This document shows positions 25,717 through 39,960 of a DNA stretch of 64,000 nucleotides, piece by piece. The translations under genes were made by a program, and so were the position numbers. Under the pieces are notes generated by a model. That model made no database searches. It was not told the origin of the DNA and was given only the letters and a program-made list of their open reading frames with translations. Source of the stretch: the human T2T-CHM13v2.0 reference genome, Homo sapiens; the NCBI RefSeq assembly GCF_009914755.1, contig NC_060925.1; one strand, written 5' to 3'. The stretch's first letter is position 1. Each line of letters starts with the position of its first letter.

Positions 25717-26829
25717 CATGACCTCTTAATGTTGACCCACTGGATTAGTAATTGGGTATAAACACATCCTTCTATTTTAAAAGTACAAGAAATGCAATAT
25801 GTTATGATACAGTAAAATTTTAAGTGAGTTTTTATAGGGTTAGTTCTTAAACCTATAATGTTTTTAATCAACAGAGCTGACCTAGATTTCAGTAGGATAA
25901 TGTTGCTGAATTCATTACATTTGCTAATCCTGGCTGTACTAAGCACACAGGTGAAGTAAAGTTCAGCAAGCTTTGTGTTTTCGCTGTTAGTGAACTGCTC
26001 TTAGCACAAATTAAATTTAATATTGACAAATGCTATGCCATCTGCAGAAAGGCGGAAGAACAGCTTGGGCTCTGACTTCTGTGGTTCAACGACAAAAGGA
26101 AGGCTAAAATGAGACAGGTTATAACCTGCTTTAAACTTGACAGCTTTCTAAAGCTGCTGGGAATCCAACTGGTGGTTATTGAAGGTCTATAAAAATTAAG
26201 TATACATTTATCTTGAAAATGAAATGAAACAAACAAACAAAAAAACATTTTGTTTCCATGAAGCAGATCCAAAATGGTTTCACCTCTACCAGAATGTGAA
26301 GGGAAAGGAGAGCCCTTGGGAAAAGCTGTCCTCAGGCAGAGCATCGCAGGCTCCTGAATCACCACCTGGCCAGAACCCGGTGTTCAGTTACATCCCAGCT
26401 ACAGGAGAGGGCAACAGGCAGGCAGTAAAGGTGAGTCAGCTGCCACCTTTACTTCTACAAAGGACCATATCATTCCCTTCTTGAGCATGTGGACACTCTA
26501 GAATTCCTCTTTCATCATCTACTCTTCCACATACTTATTTAAATGTGTGATCTCAATTTCATTTTTTAAAGCACAGGAAAAGGGCTAGAAGATACTAAAC
26601 TGAGAAGACTGCTTATTTCTAAATGGAGAGGATCACAGATTTTCTAGCATTTTCAAAATTTATATTATAATCACAAAATGTTATTTCATAAAATTTTAAG
26701 AATGTCTTTGCTCACAGCATAAGTTATCTCAAGAGTTAGTGTCTTTAGTCCTGTACCATGTGACTAGCTCTTTAATTTCAAAACCAAATATAGGAAATCC
26801 ATAAGATTGAGTCAAAATTTTTATAATTA

Positions 26830-27220
26830 TACTCTACCTACTGAATATCTTCTGTGTTTTGCACGTCTTTTGTGACATACATGTTATTTCACCAAAATCC
26901 TATTATCCCATTTTGCAGACAAGCAAACTGAAACTAACAGAAGTTGTGTGTCTGGCCCCCTGGGTGATGAAGATGAGAACAGACACACAGCATGTCTTGT
27001 ACCGAGCATTCTTCTATGTGCTTCAGGTATATAAATGCATTTAGTCCTCCCAATAACCCCATGACATAGGTTCTTTTATCATTCCCCTTTACAGATGCAA
27101 AAATTGAGGTACAAGGCACTTCAGTAACTTACCCAAGGTCATGCCTCCATTAAGTGGGAAAGGCAGGTTAGAAGCCAAAGGGTCTGTCTCTGGAGTGTCT
27201 GTTCTTTGTCACCATGTACT
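26830..27220 (-). mobile_element. Two adjacent MIR SINEs
   Basis: cccattttgcagacaagcaaactgaaac and cccctttacagatgcaaaaattgaggtac...cccaaggtcat cores. Confidence 0.75.
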
Positions 27221-28911
27221 TCTTGGCAGAAATTTAATCCTATAGGCAACAATTTCTATTAGGATATTCATTATATAATATTCGATACACACCAAATAAT
27301 GTGATGAGTATGTATATTATGAAGGAAACATAAAAAGAACATTATCACTACTTTTGAAGCTACCTGAGTATTTCTTCTATTGCCTTGAATTTTTTTATTT
27401 ACCATTTTCTTGCTTTCTGAATGGTTTTATTACATACAGATGTATATATAAATACTATATCATTTAGTTTTGTATATTTACAAACATTATAAGCCTGTTA
27501 AAATGTTGTATATAGTCTTCTGAAACTTGCTTTTTCCCAAGATTTATCCATATCCTTTGCATATACAACTCCAGTTTATTTGCACTACTGTATAATGCCA
27601 TCATGTGAATATACCATAATTTACTTTTATCCATTCTTTTAGTAAATATTTGGGATTTTTGCTTGTTACTAATATGTACAATGCTTGTATGAACATTCTT
27701 AGAAAATTCTAGTACGTTTGCAAGAATTTTGTAGAGTGCATACCTAGGAATCAAATTGCTGAGCTGTAGAGTCAAACAGTTCACATGTGCACGATATTGC
27801 CAAATCGTTTTCCAAAGTGGTTGGACATTTTATAGTTCTAACAGTAGTTGTCCACATCCTTGCCAACATTTGGTATTTCCAGACTGTAAATTTTTGACCA
27901 ACTGGTGGATGTAAATTATATCTCATTATGGTCTTTACGGGTATTTCCCTTATTTTTTATGTAGTTTAGCATTTTTTCCTATTGTTAATTCTCTATGAGT
28001 GTTACTTCATCTGTGAAAATGGCTATTCATCTTTGTTCACTCTTCTCCTGGGTTACTTTACTTTTTGATTTAAAGAATTCTTAGTATATTCTTGATACTA
28101 CTTTTGTTGATTCTATGTGTTATAAACATCTCCTTCCAATTTGTGGCTTGTCTTTTCTTTTTCTCTGTGGTGCGTTTCAAGGAACAAAAGTTTTACATTG
28201 TACTGTTTATGTCAATTTCATGTTTTCTATCTTACATCATTACAGCTTCTTATTCCTTATTTAATAACTCTTCCACTGTTCTTAATCATTAACTATTTTC
28301 CTATATCTTATTCTAGAAATTTCAAAGGTTTTGTCTTTCACATGGCAGTTAGGGATTTATTTGCTTGTATGATGTGAGGTAGAACTCACTTTTGTTTTTA
28401 TATAGATACCAACTGTCCCAGCCAGCACAATTTACTGAAGAATTTGTTTTTCCCTAGTGATTTGCAATCAAATTTTCATATATGTGGGAATTTATTTCTG
28501 CTCTCTGTAATCTGTTCAATTCTGATCAAATTGACTATCTCTTTACAATAAAAATCATGGTCTTAATTACTATAACTTTATAATAAATCTTGATATCTTG
28601 TGGTAAAATTTCTTCCTCACCTTATTCTGCCTTCGGGGAATGTCTTGCTTATTCTGGTTTTTTTTTTTTTTTTTTTTTAGTTATAAATTTTTACCGAGGT
28701 AAAATTTTCATTCAGTAAGTACACAAATCTTATGTTTATAGATTAATGAAATTCTGTATGTCTATGCACCTGAGTAACCACTACGAAGGTCAAAATGTGG
28801 TATGCTTCCATTATCCTGGAGGCTCACTCATGTCTCTTCCAGTCAACCTTTCCATCCAGAGTAACCATCATTCTGACTTGTATCCATGTAGATTTGCTCT
28901 GCCTGTTTTAA

Positions 28912-29351
<440 letters not shown>

Positions 29352-29472
29352 TAGTATGGCATTGCACTAGAATTACTAATTCTAATATTGATGGTCTTTT
29401 GGGTTGCTTTCATTTTAGGGCTACTATGAATATAGTTGTTATGAACATTCCTAAACATGAATTTTGGTGGAC

Positions 29473-29690
29473 TGTCTTGGTCCATTTGGACTGCTATAAC
29501 AAAGTGCCATAGACTGAGTGGCTTCCAAACAGCAGAAATTTATTTCTCACAGTTCTGAAGGTGAGAAAGTCTGAGATTGGGTGTCAGCATCTTCAGATTC
29601 TGCTAAGAGCACTTTTCCACATTGCAGAGTCATCTTCGCATTTTATACTCAGCTGGCAAAAACATGGCAAGAGAGCTCTTTGAGGTCTGC
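29473..29690 (-). mobile_element. MLT1A-type MaLR LTR, partial
   Basis: tgtcttggtccatttggactgctataacaaagtgccatagactg...atttatttctcacagttctgaagg. Confidence 0.75.
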
Positions 29691-30839
29691 TCAGGGATTC
29701 TTCAGGCCCAGTCCCCATTTTAATTTACTCCAACACACTGATTTTCAAATGTTAATACAAACTTGCATTAGTAGGGAAAAAAACCACTTAGTCATGATGT
29801 AGTATCATCCTTTCTACTTATTATATTTTAGCACTGTTTTTTAAAGGATTTTTAAAAACGTTTTCACAAGATAGCATGGTCTGTAATTTTTCTTGCTTGT
29901 ATTAACTTTTTCAGGTTTTGATATCAAGGTTATGCTAGTGTCATTAATGGATTAGAAAGTGTTTCCTCTTTTTCTATTTTCTACAAGAGTTTGTGTAATG
30001 TTGTTATTATTTCCTCCTTGAGTGTTTGAAAGAATCGAAGCCATTTGAAACTGTAATTTTCTGTGTGAAGATATTTTTAATTATAGATTCAGTATCTTTA
30101 ATAAATACAGAAATAGATTTTCTACTTCCACTTCTGTCAATTTTGGCGAATTGTGTTTTAAAATAAATTTGTCCATTTCATCTAAATGAAATAAAGTTGT
30201 TTGTAATATTCTTAGTCTCTTTTTAATTTCTGCGGGATAGCTTGTATATCTTTTTCTCTTTCCTGTTAGTGGTTCTCCCTGTCTCTCTCTCTCTCTGTTT
30301 AACTTGACAGGAGTTTCTTGTAATTGTTTGTTTGTTTAACATATCCTTGAAATTTTTATATTAATTAGTGTTTTCCTCCTCCTGTTATTGGGTTTAATTT
30401 GCTGTACTTGTTCTAGCTTCTTCAGGTAGAAGTTTAGATCTGTGATTTTTTTCATTCTTCTTGGCTAATATCTGAATCTAGAGCTATAAATTTTTCTCTA
30501 AATTCTGATTTAGCTACATTTCACAAGTTTTGATATGTTGAATCTTCATTAACATTCACTTCAAAATATTTTAAAATTTCCCTTGTGATTTATTCTTTAA
30601 TGCATGAGTTATTCAGATATATGTTGCTTAATTTCCAAATATTTTGGCATTTTCTAGAAACGTTTTAGTTAATTTTTAACTCTGTTCCATTGTGGTCAAA
30701 CATCACAATAATACTCTGGCAAATAATACTCTGTATTATTTCCATTCTTTTTTTGAAATTTATTTAGACTTTTCTTAATGGTCCATAATGTTGTCTATTT
30801 TGATGAATATTCCACGTGGACTTAAAAATGTGTACTTTA

Positions 30840-31180
<341 letters not shown>

Positions 31181-31734
31181 TTATGTGTCAATTAAGTTGA
31201 TTACTAATGTTGTTTAAATCTTTTTTATACTTAACTGATTTTATTGTCTGTTCATTCTATCATTTACTAAGGGGAATATATGGAATCCTACAACTATTTC
31301 TCTGTGAATTCCTGTTTTCTCTTTTAGACTGACTTCTGCCTTGAAAATGTGTTGTTGGGTGCATACATATTTAGGATTGTTATACCTTCCTTTAGAAGTG
31401 ATCTTTTTGCCATTATAAAATGTAGCTCATTATCTTTAGTAATGCTGCACTCCTTAAAGCCAATTTTGCCTGGCACTGGTATAGCTACACTTGCTTTTGT
31501 TAATGTTTTTATGTTTATATCCTTTTCTACCCTCTAATGTCCTTTTAATTTCAATTGTCTTGTGTTCTTTCATTTAAATTGTTTTTCTTATAAACAGCAG
31601 TAATTTACTTTTGTTTTTTATCTTGTCTGATGCAAGATATTTTTACTGAACACTGCATTTTACTTTGACAGGTTTTTTCCTCAGCACTTGATGTCATTCC
31701 ATTGTCTTCTTGTTTCCATAGTTTCCATTTTTAT

Positions 31735-31883
31735 TGTATAAATATTTATATACACACATATACATATATACATGTCTGTATTTATACATATAAGTACATA
31801 TGCATTTATATATACATATATGTACAAAGAGAGAGAGAGGGACGTTCTATCAGTTTTGTTTCTCTGAAAAATCTTGACTAATA
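31735..31883 (+). repeat. (TA/CA)n-(GA)n low-complexity tract followed by an MLT2-like LTR 3' end
   Basis: Dinucleotide runs then ttctatcagttttgtttctctgaaaaatcttgactaata. Confidence 0.6.
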
Positions 31884-34234
31884 GAGGCGATGTCTTAGGT
31901 TTCTTCACTGTAAAGTTACTCTTTTCCCCTTTGTAATTGTTAAGAATCTTGCAGGTTGATACTTTGAAAATATGCAAATATCCTGTTTTTTATCATACTA
32001 TCACTCACTTATGTTAACATCCATTGATGATCCTTGCTGCAAAAATTATTACTGTGGTGTTTACCAAATAGTGATTTTTTTTAATTTTCATCACTTATTC
32101 TATATTTTGTCTGGAATCTGGAGTTGTACTGTAAGGAAGAATCACCTCTTTTCCCCAGTTATTCAGATATTTTAAATTTCCAAATATATAGGACTTCATT
32201 AATCGTTTTATGTTGATAGCTAACTTAATTGCTTGTGGTTAGATAATATGGTTAGCATTATGTTAATTGTTTTAAACATTTGAGACTCGTTTTATATAGT
32301 ACATTGTCAACTTGTGCAAGTGTTTCATGTGTATTTCTCTTTAATATTGGGGCCCAGTTTTCCATAATACACCCATTACATCAAGCTTGCTAATTGTGTT
32401 GTTCAAATATTTTATATTTTTACTAATTTTAGTCAGTTAGGTCAAACCATAATAGAAAAGCATTTTTTACTTACCCAATATGATATTGAATTTGTCATTT
32501 TTCCTCTATACATCTACAAATTTTTTTGCTTTAGTTATTCTGAGGTGTATACAAGTTTTTCATTGTTTTGAAGTTAGTTTTATCATTTGGTATTAACCAC
32601 TTGTATTCCTAATAACAGTTTTACCTTAAAGTTTGTATTTTTCTGTCATTAATACAGCTGAATGCTCTTTTTGTTGTTTTTCTATAAATATCTTTAAAAA
32701 ACACTTTTTTACTTTCAATCTTTTGTGCCCTTATATTTTAGGTATTTCTTATCAACAACATAAGCAACATAATGTTTTTTCTTTCTGAAATCTGACAATC
32801 TCTGTCTTTTATTAGAAAGTTGACTTAACTTCCAATTTGGGGGAATTAATAATTTATTTCGACTTGTTACTATAACTTATTTTGCAATTTCCATTCATTC
32901 ATTCTTCTTCTAAGCCTTTATCTCCTTTATTGCCCATTTCTTCTAACTGGTCATGTTTATTGTTACTCCACTTTTCTCTTTCTGTTAGTTTGGAAGTTAG
33001 ATACTTTTTCTGGTAATGGTTACTCTTGAAGTGAAATTTTACCATATATACTTAACAACTTAAGAAATTATATGATTAATCAATATCTTCAAATTCCTCC
33101 TCCCTGCCTGAATAATCAAGGACCTTAGAAACCTTTAATTCTCAATGATATCCTTCTTACATAAGTTAATTCTATATACTTCTTTTTCAATTCTACACAT
33201 TAGAAATTAGTTTAATTTTATACACATTTTACTTGTTTACTTTTTTTTTTTTTTGCTCTCCATCCCTTTTTTCATATCAGAAATTTTCACTGCTTTTTCC
33301 TGTTGTTCTTAAATTCTTTAGAAGCTTCATTGATGAAGATTTATTTGTGGGGAAACTACCACATTTGTATGCATGAAAATGTCTTCCATCCTTCCCTTGC
33401 TTTTCTGGATACACAATTCTAGGTTAATAGTGATTTTTTTCTCACCTGTTTAAAGATATTGTTCAATTATCTCCTGATTTATGTCACTGTTGAAAAGTCT
33501 TCTGTTGTTGCTTTATTATTCCTTTGTACAGTCTCTGGCTGCTTGTGTGATCTTGTCTATCTTCGGAGTTCTAAATTTTCACTACAATATGTCTAGATAT
33601 GGATTTTCTTTATTCTGCTAGTTATGTAGGTTAATTCCTACATCTACAGAGAGACATCTTTTATCATCTCTGGAAAACCTTTAACCACGATCTCTTCACC
33701 TATTGCCTCTCCTATATTACCTCTATTCTCCCTTTCAGTACTCGAGTTAGATGCATATTAGATCTTCTGTTTTATCCTCCATGTTCTTAATCATTTTTCC
33801 ATGTTTTTCATCTCCCTGTCTTTTGTGTCACATTCTAGGTCATTTCTTTAATTCTGTTTCCTAGTTTGTTAATTTTCTCTTACCTGGTCCACGCTATTAT
33901 TTAATTCAATTCAACCCAGACCATCTGACCAATTCAAAGCAATATCCTTTGGCTCAAACCTATATTTCTGTTAATACATTTTTTTAGGATGCAACATTCC
34001 TTTGTAGGCTTCTCATCAGACACGTATCTGTATAATCTATGTAAAATCACAAAATACCAAAGGAAATATACCAGCATAAGGGAGATTCAACAGAAATAAC
34101 AAACAACAATTTAGAAATGTGAATTATTTATCAGATAAAGAATATACAATAATTACATATGGAATATTTAAAAATACTTAAAATGGATTTTTAAAAGAGC
34201 AAGTTGTCATAGGATCAACTACATTTCCCAGTAG

Positions 34235-34578
34235 CATCTCAGTCAGTTTGGGCTGCTATAACAAATTACCATAAACTGGGTGGCTGAAACAAGCATTTAT
34301 TTCTCACAGTTCTGGAGACTGAGAAGTCCAAGATCACTGGTGCTGGCAGATCCGGTGTTTTGTGAGGGCCTGCTTCCTGGTTTAGGGATGTCATCCTCTT
34401 ACTTGAATCCCACGCTTCCTCCTCTTTTGAAAAGGGTATTGATCCCATTCATTTAGGCTCCACCCTCATGAGCTAATTATCTCTCAAAGGCCCCACCTCC
34501 AAATATCATCACATTGGAGAATAGGCTTCAACATGGAAATTTTGGGAGTGGGAGTGCACAAACATTCAGCCCATAGCA
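34235..34578 (-). mobile_element. MLT1A-type MaLR solo LTR
   Basis: tctcagtcagtttgggctgctataacaaattaccataaactgg...ggccccacctccaaatatcatcacattgg...aacattcagcccatagCA. Confidence 0.85.
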
Positions 34579-34599
34579 GCATCTTCTTATAATCCTGTA

Positions 34600-35060
34600 T
34601 ACTAAGCCATAGAAACCTCAACAGAAGAAACAATCAGCCTAAATAAAGAACTTAACATTTATCTATGTTAACTTTAATTGTACTGGTGTCAGCTTGTCAA
34701 AATAATTTTAATTCTGTCATCTCTTGGACATCTAATCCCTTATTGTTTGTGCCACGTGTAAAGTTGATAAGCATATTATTAGGAGATGGTAGTCCAGCCA
34801 CAGATTCCCTGCAGGATAATAGAAAGCTGCTAATTTGGATATGACTGATCCACCTGGTATCTGTTACTTGATCCAAAGCGTATTTCACTTGATTTTACAA
34901 GGATGCAGTGGAAGGCTTTAGCAAACGTGTTGCTGAAATACAAACATTTTCCGACTATATTATCCCCCTGGCCTGTCACCAGCCTAAAAAGAAAATCAAG
35001 TTGGTACCTGGTGAGAGCTGCATTCCTTCTTGTAAGTTCTTGCTTCAAACGTAGAATTTT
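34600..35060 (-). mobile_element. L3/CR1 LINE reverse-transcriptase fossil
   Basis: Minus-strand peptides RLVTGQGDNIVGKCLYFSNTFAKAFHCILVK and MKYALDQVTDTRWI resemble the CR1 RT segment LVDxGxxVDxxYLDFSKAFDxVxHxILxxKxxxxGLDxxTVRWI, with frameshifts. Confidence 0.6.
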
Positions 35061-35317
35061 CAAAGCCCTTTTTTGGTGTCTTCATTCATTTTACAGCATG
35101 ATTGTTTCCTGCAGTATTCTACTATGATTTCAGCTTCCTCTTTTCTTGGACTGTGTTACAAACATATTCTTTTGCCTCTGGTGCCCACATGTTAGCCTCC
35201 TTCCTTTCCTGGATTTCAGACATATGAGTCTCATTTGAGCTGGCCTGGCATTTTTAATAAGGGATTAAAACCAGACAAGATGTTGGGAGGGTTACCTTGA
35301 TTTTTCTCATGCCCTGC

Positions 35318-35692
35318 TGTATTATTCCACTCTTACTTTGCTAATAAAGACATACCCAAGACTGGGTAACTTATAAAGGAAAAGAGGTTTAATGGACTCA
35401 CAGCTCCACATGGCTGGGGAGGCCTTGTAATCATGGCAAAAGGCGAAGGGGCAGCAAAGCCACATCGTGCATGGCAGCAGGCAAGAGAGAAGTGTCAGCA
35501 AAAGTGGGGAAAACCCCTTCTAAAACCATCAGATCTCATGAGAACTCACTCACTATCATGAGAACAGCAGCATGGGGGTAACCGCCCCCATGATTCAATT
35601 ACTTCCCACTGGGTCACTCCCACAGTACATGGGGATTATGGGAACTACAATTCAAGATGAGATTTGGGTGGGGACACAGCCAAACCATATCA
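35318..35692 (-). mobile_element. THE1 (THE1C-like) MaLR solo LTR, 375 bp
   Basis: TG...CA termini, typical THE1 text, perfect 5-bp TSD CCTGC (35313-35317, 35693-35697). Confidence 0.93.
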
Positions 35693-36446
35693 CCTGCCTT
35701 TTCGCTACTAGTACTTGTCATTTTTGAGTTTGTAACAAGATATGGATTTGACTGTTACCAAAATAGGCCATGCAGCTAATAGGCTCTTCATGAGACTAGA
35801 ACTATCTTTTTTCATCAAATCCAAGATCTTGAAGGAGAGGCATCGCTAGCCAGGCTCACTCACAGGGTGAGAGCAGACCATACTAAACTGGCAAGAGATT
35901 TGTGTCACAATGTGCCAAATTGGGGTGTTAGTCCTCAGAATAAGTTTTTGGATTTTGGCCAAGTATTTTCAGCGTAGACAGTATTGTCAGTAGCAGCAGG
36001 TTTCACTGAGGAGCCAGGGCTGAAATTGAAGGTAAGCAGAGAGAAGCAAGCACAGACAAAGAGGAGGGAAACTCTCAGGGGTGGAGAAGAGAGCTTGGAA
36101 ATAAAACTAGAAATCTAGGTTGTGGTGACATTATTGCAGACATTGAACTCCAAGCTAAAGGGTGTGGACTTGGTGACATTAGCAGGATATCTCTGAAGAT
36201 CATTAAGTATGGCAGTCACATGAATAAAACAATGCTTTATGGGATTCTAGGAATATTAAAAAACTGTTATTTTAAAGAAAGACATTAAAAATGACTTCAA
36301 GTATAGATGTTTCAATTTCCTTAAATTACTCCTTGTTCTCAGTATAAGTGTCTCTAATGTAGGAGAGAAACGAATCTTGCTTGTATTTTAGTAATAATAA
36401 ACCTGTAACACCAGATGTCTTTCACCATAGATTACCCATTATTCTT

Positions 36447-36480
36447 GCGTGTGTGTGTGTGTGTGTGTGTATGTGTGTGT
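36447..36480 (+). repeat. (TG)n microsatellite
   Basis: Direct reading, with one interruption. Confidence 0.93.
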
Positions 36481-36824
36481 ACCGTTTATTCTGTCTATAA
36501 AAGTCTTCTTCATTGAACAGGTGTCAAAACTGTTGGGCTTATGCTGGCACACAAATAAAGAAGTGACATAGCAACGGACAAAAAAGGGATCCCAAGTTGT
36601 CTGATTCAACTCCAAAAGGACAGAGTCACTGCAAGCAGAGAGCAGGTAGAAGCTGTACGCTCCAGTGCAGCAAAAGATCTGTAAGCCAGCCCATCTCTCA
36701 AGGCCACTCCAACCTCCCTTCTCAGCTGTGTGACTCTCAATGACTTTGCTAAACCTGTTTTCTGTAAAATTGGGTTTCCCCCTAGCATTTCCATTATACA
36801 GCATTGTAGTAAAAATTAAATAAG

Positions 36825-37082
36825 CCTTGGGAGGCTGAGGCAGGGAGATCACTTGAGGCCAGGAGTTCAAGAGCAGGCTGGGCAACATAGTGAGACCCTG
36901 TTTCTACAAAAATACTTTTTAAAATTAGCCTGGGGTGGTGGTGCGTACCTGTAGTCCCAGTCACTCAAAAGGCTGAGGTGGGGGGATTGCTTGAACATAG
37001 GAGTTTGAGGTTACAGTGAGCTACAATTGCACCACTGCAATCCAGCCTAGGCAACACAGCAAGACCTTGTCTCTTTAAAATG
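36825..37082 (+). mobile_element. AluJ, 5'-truncated at insertion
   Basis: Starts at cttgggaggctgagg (A box missing); 12-bp TSD aaattaaataag at 36813-36824 and 37083-37094. Confidence 0.9.
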
Positions 37083-38569
37083 AAATTAAATAAGAATATA
37101 TAAAAATCTGTATAAACTCCAAATTTATATATTGATTTTTTACCAGATGACTCAGTCCCAGCATGGACAGAGGTTGAGCCTATTGCCTGGATTCAGGCAA
37201 CTTAGAGTCCCCTTAGAGTTTCTCTAAGAAATTGCTACGTATTTCTGAAGACATCATGAGTTCAAAGTTGCTATGGCATTCTTCATGTTCAAACATCCAT
37301 CTGCCAGATAAGCACTTTCCAATGACCCTCCTTTCTCCTGCCTTCTTTGACTACTTGTCTTTTAAGACTTGTTATTAAGTATTGCCTCTGATGAAGCATT
37401 TCCCTTTCTTACTGCACACAGCGGACCTCTCCTCCCACTGCACTCTGTGCCGATGTCTCTCCCAGCACTTGTTAAATGCCTTGCTTCCCACACTAAACCA
37501 GAGCCTCCCTAGGTTCAGGTCTAGCTGGGATTCATATCCATATCCCAGCTCCAGCCATAGTGCTTGGATCCAAGTAGAGGTGCTTGGGAAAGAGGAAAAG
37601 AAATTATTTTACTCAACCTGAAGAGGTTTCTGTCACCCCAAACCCTCATCATAATCTAGTGGGTAATAAAAAATGCATATATGTAATATTTGATGGTTTG
37701 AATCAAGGTTCTATAAGATAGGGATGAGAAGAATTCTGACCATGGGGCTCTAGGGAGAGAGACCTCTGGAGCCTGTTTGGTGACTTAGAAATGTCTTTGT
37801 TTCATTTCATTTGTTGCAAAGTAATTGAACCATGTGATGAGACAGACTTCTGTAATGAGTTACATAACTATTGGTTTATTTTTTTCCAACAGGTGGTTTC
37901 TTCCTTTTTGAAAAGTAAAGCTCTCAGGAATTATTTGATCTTTGTTTGAAGCCAATTAAATATTGAAGGTTCTCTCCCGCCTTTGCATAAGTCAACAGAA
38001 TGGAAAGTTTCATGGGGTGATGGGATAGAGGGGCACAGAGCTTTGGAATCAATTCCTCTCCTCTCTCTACACTCACTGCTACCCTGTTTGGCACTCCATT
38101 AACTCTTGCCTGGAATACTGTAATCTTCCAGGATTGTCTTTCTCCAATGCATTTCTGTCCCATTTCATTAATGCAAAGTTAATCTCCTACGGTGCTAATT
38201 TTACTTAAAATCTTCCTCTGAATTCTGACTAGCTGTTAAATTTAGTTTTCAGTCTGTAGCCTGGAAATCAGAACCCACAGGCTGCTTTATCAGCTCTCGT
38301 CTCATCTCTCACTGCTCCTCAGTGTGTGTACTGAAGCTCCTGCTACACCAGATGACATAAGGTGGCCCCTGGCCTCACTAGTGCTGCTCCTTCCACCTAC
38401 AGTGCTGCCCCTGACCCATGCCTGCTGCCCACTGACAAGGCTTCCCCACCACAACTTTTTTTCCTATCTCCATGCTGCATTTGAGGCTCAGTGGAGTAAG
38501 CACCTGCCCTTGGCAGCCCCGCTTCCATTTTCCCATCTTCCAAGTCACAGTTCTCTCTTTATTTTCTTT

Positions 38570-38975
38570 GAAAAATCAGTCCCCCCCCTCTTAATCATGT
38601 GGGAGATCCAGGAGTAGGCCCTGACTGGCTTACACCTATTGGCATATCCTGTCTCCCCAGACACAATAATTGGTTCAGGAATGAGAACATGACCCTAGGC
38701 AGAAACATAAACTTTTCCTCCAGTTCATGATGCTTTAGGGTTTGGAACTATTATGGTCATATTTGCGACCACAAGGGGAGCCACCTTGAGAATGGGGATA
38801 TTTCAGGGAAGCAGAGCTGAGAGATGCATCTTAGAATATCATTGAGTCCTGGATCAAGCTGAGCCTGAAGACAAATGTTTCCTAAACATTCAGTTATGTA
38901 AATAAATTCTACTTTTTATTTAAGGATACTCGAAATGGATTTTCTGTAGCTTCCAAAAAAATTATGACCAACAGA
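38570..38975 (+). mobile_element. Old MaLR LTR (MLT1K/J-like)
   Basis: gcagagctgagagatg...cctggatcaagctgagcctgaag...ttcagttatgtaaataaattc. Confidence 0.6.
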
Positions 38976-39289
38976 TACTCTAATTTAATGACATGTAGAA
39001 ACCCTTCTAGAGCTCTCTTCACTGGTATCCTGGCTTCCCATCCCCTATTGTAAGTACCTTACAGATAAAAAGTATTTATATTTCATATATGTTGGGGGAA
39101 CAAAGACACAATATATAGACCAGATCGGCAATAGGGAGTAGTAAAGTGCATTTTCAGTACAAAGATGTTGTAGTGATTCTACCACCCTTTTGGGCACTTT
39201 CCTTGCCTGTGGTTCTCTATGCTGTCATTGAATTGGCTTGGTAGGAATCCTGGAGTTGCTAATGTAGGTAGATACAGCTGGGAAGCTGT

Positions 39290-39960
<671 letters not shown>

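Larger units (their letters stand above)
21390..25730 (+). other. ST6GALNAC5: ST6GALNAC5 3' UTR (longest candidate form)
   Basis: Mostly repeat-poor AT-rich sequence after the stop, with candidate PAS at 22215, 23870 and 25697. The end point is inferred. Confidence 0.65.
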
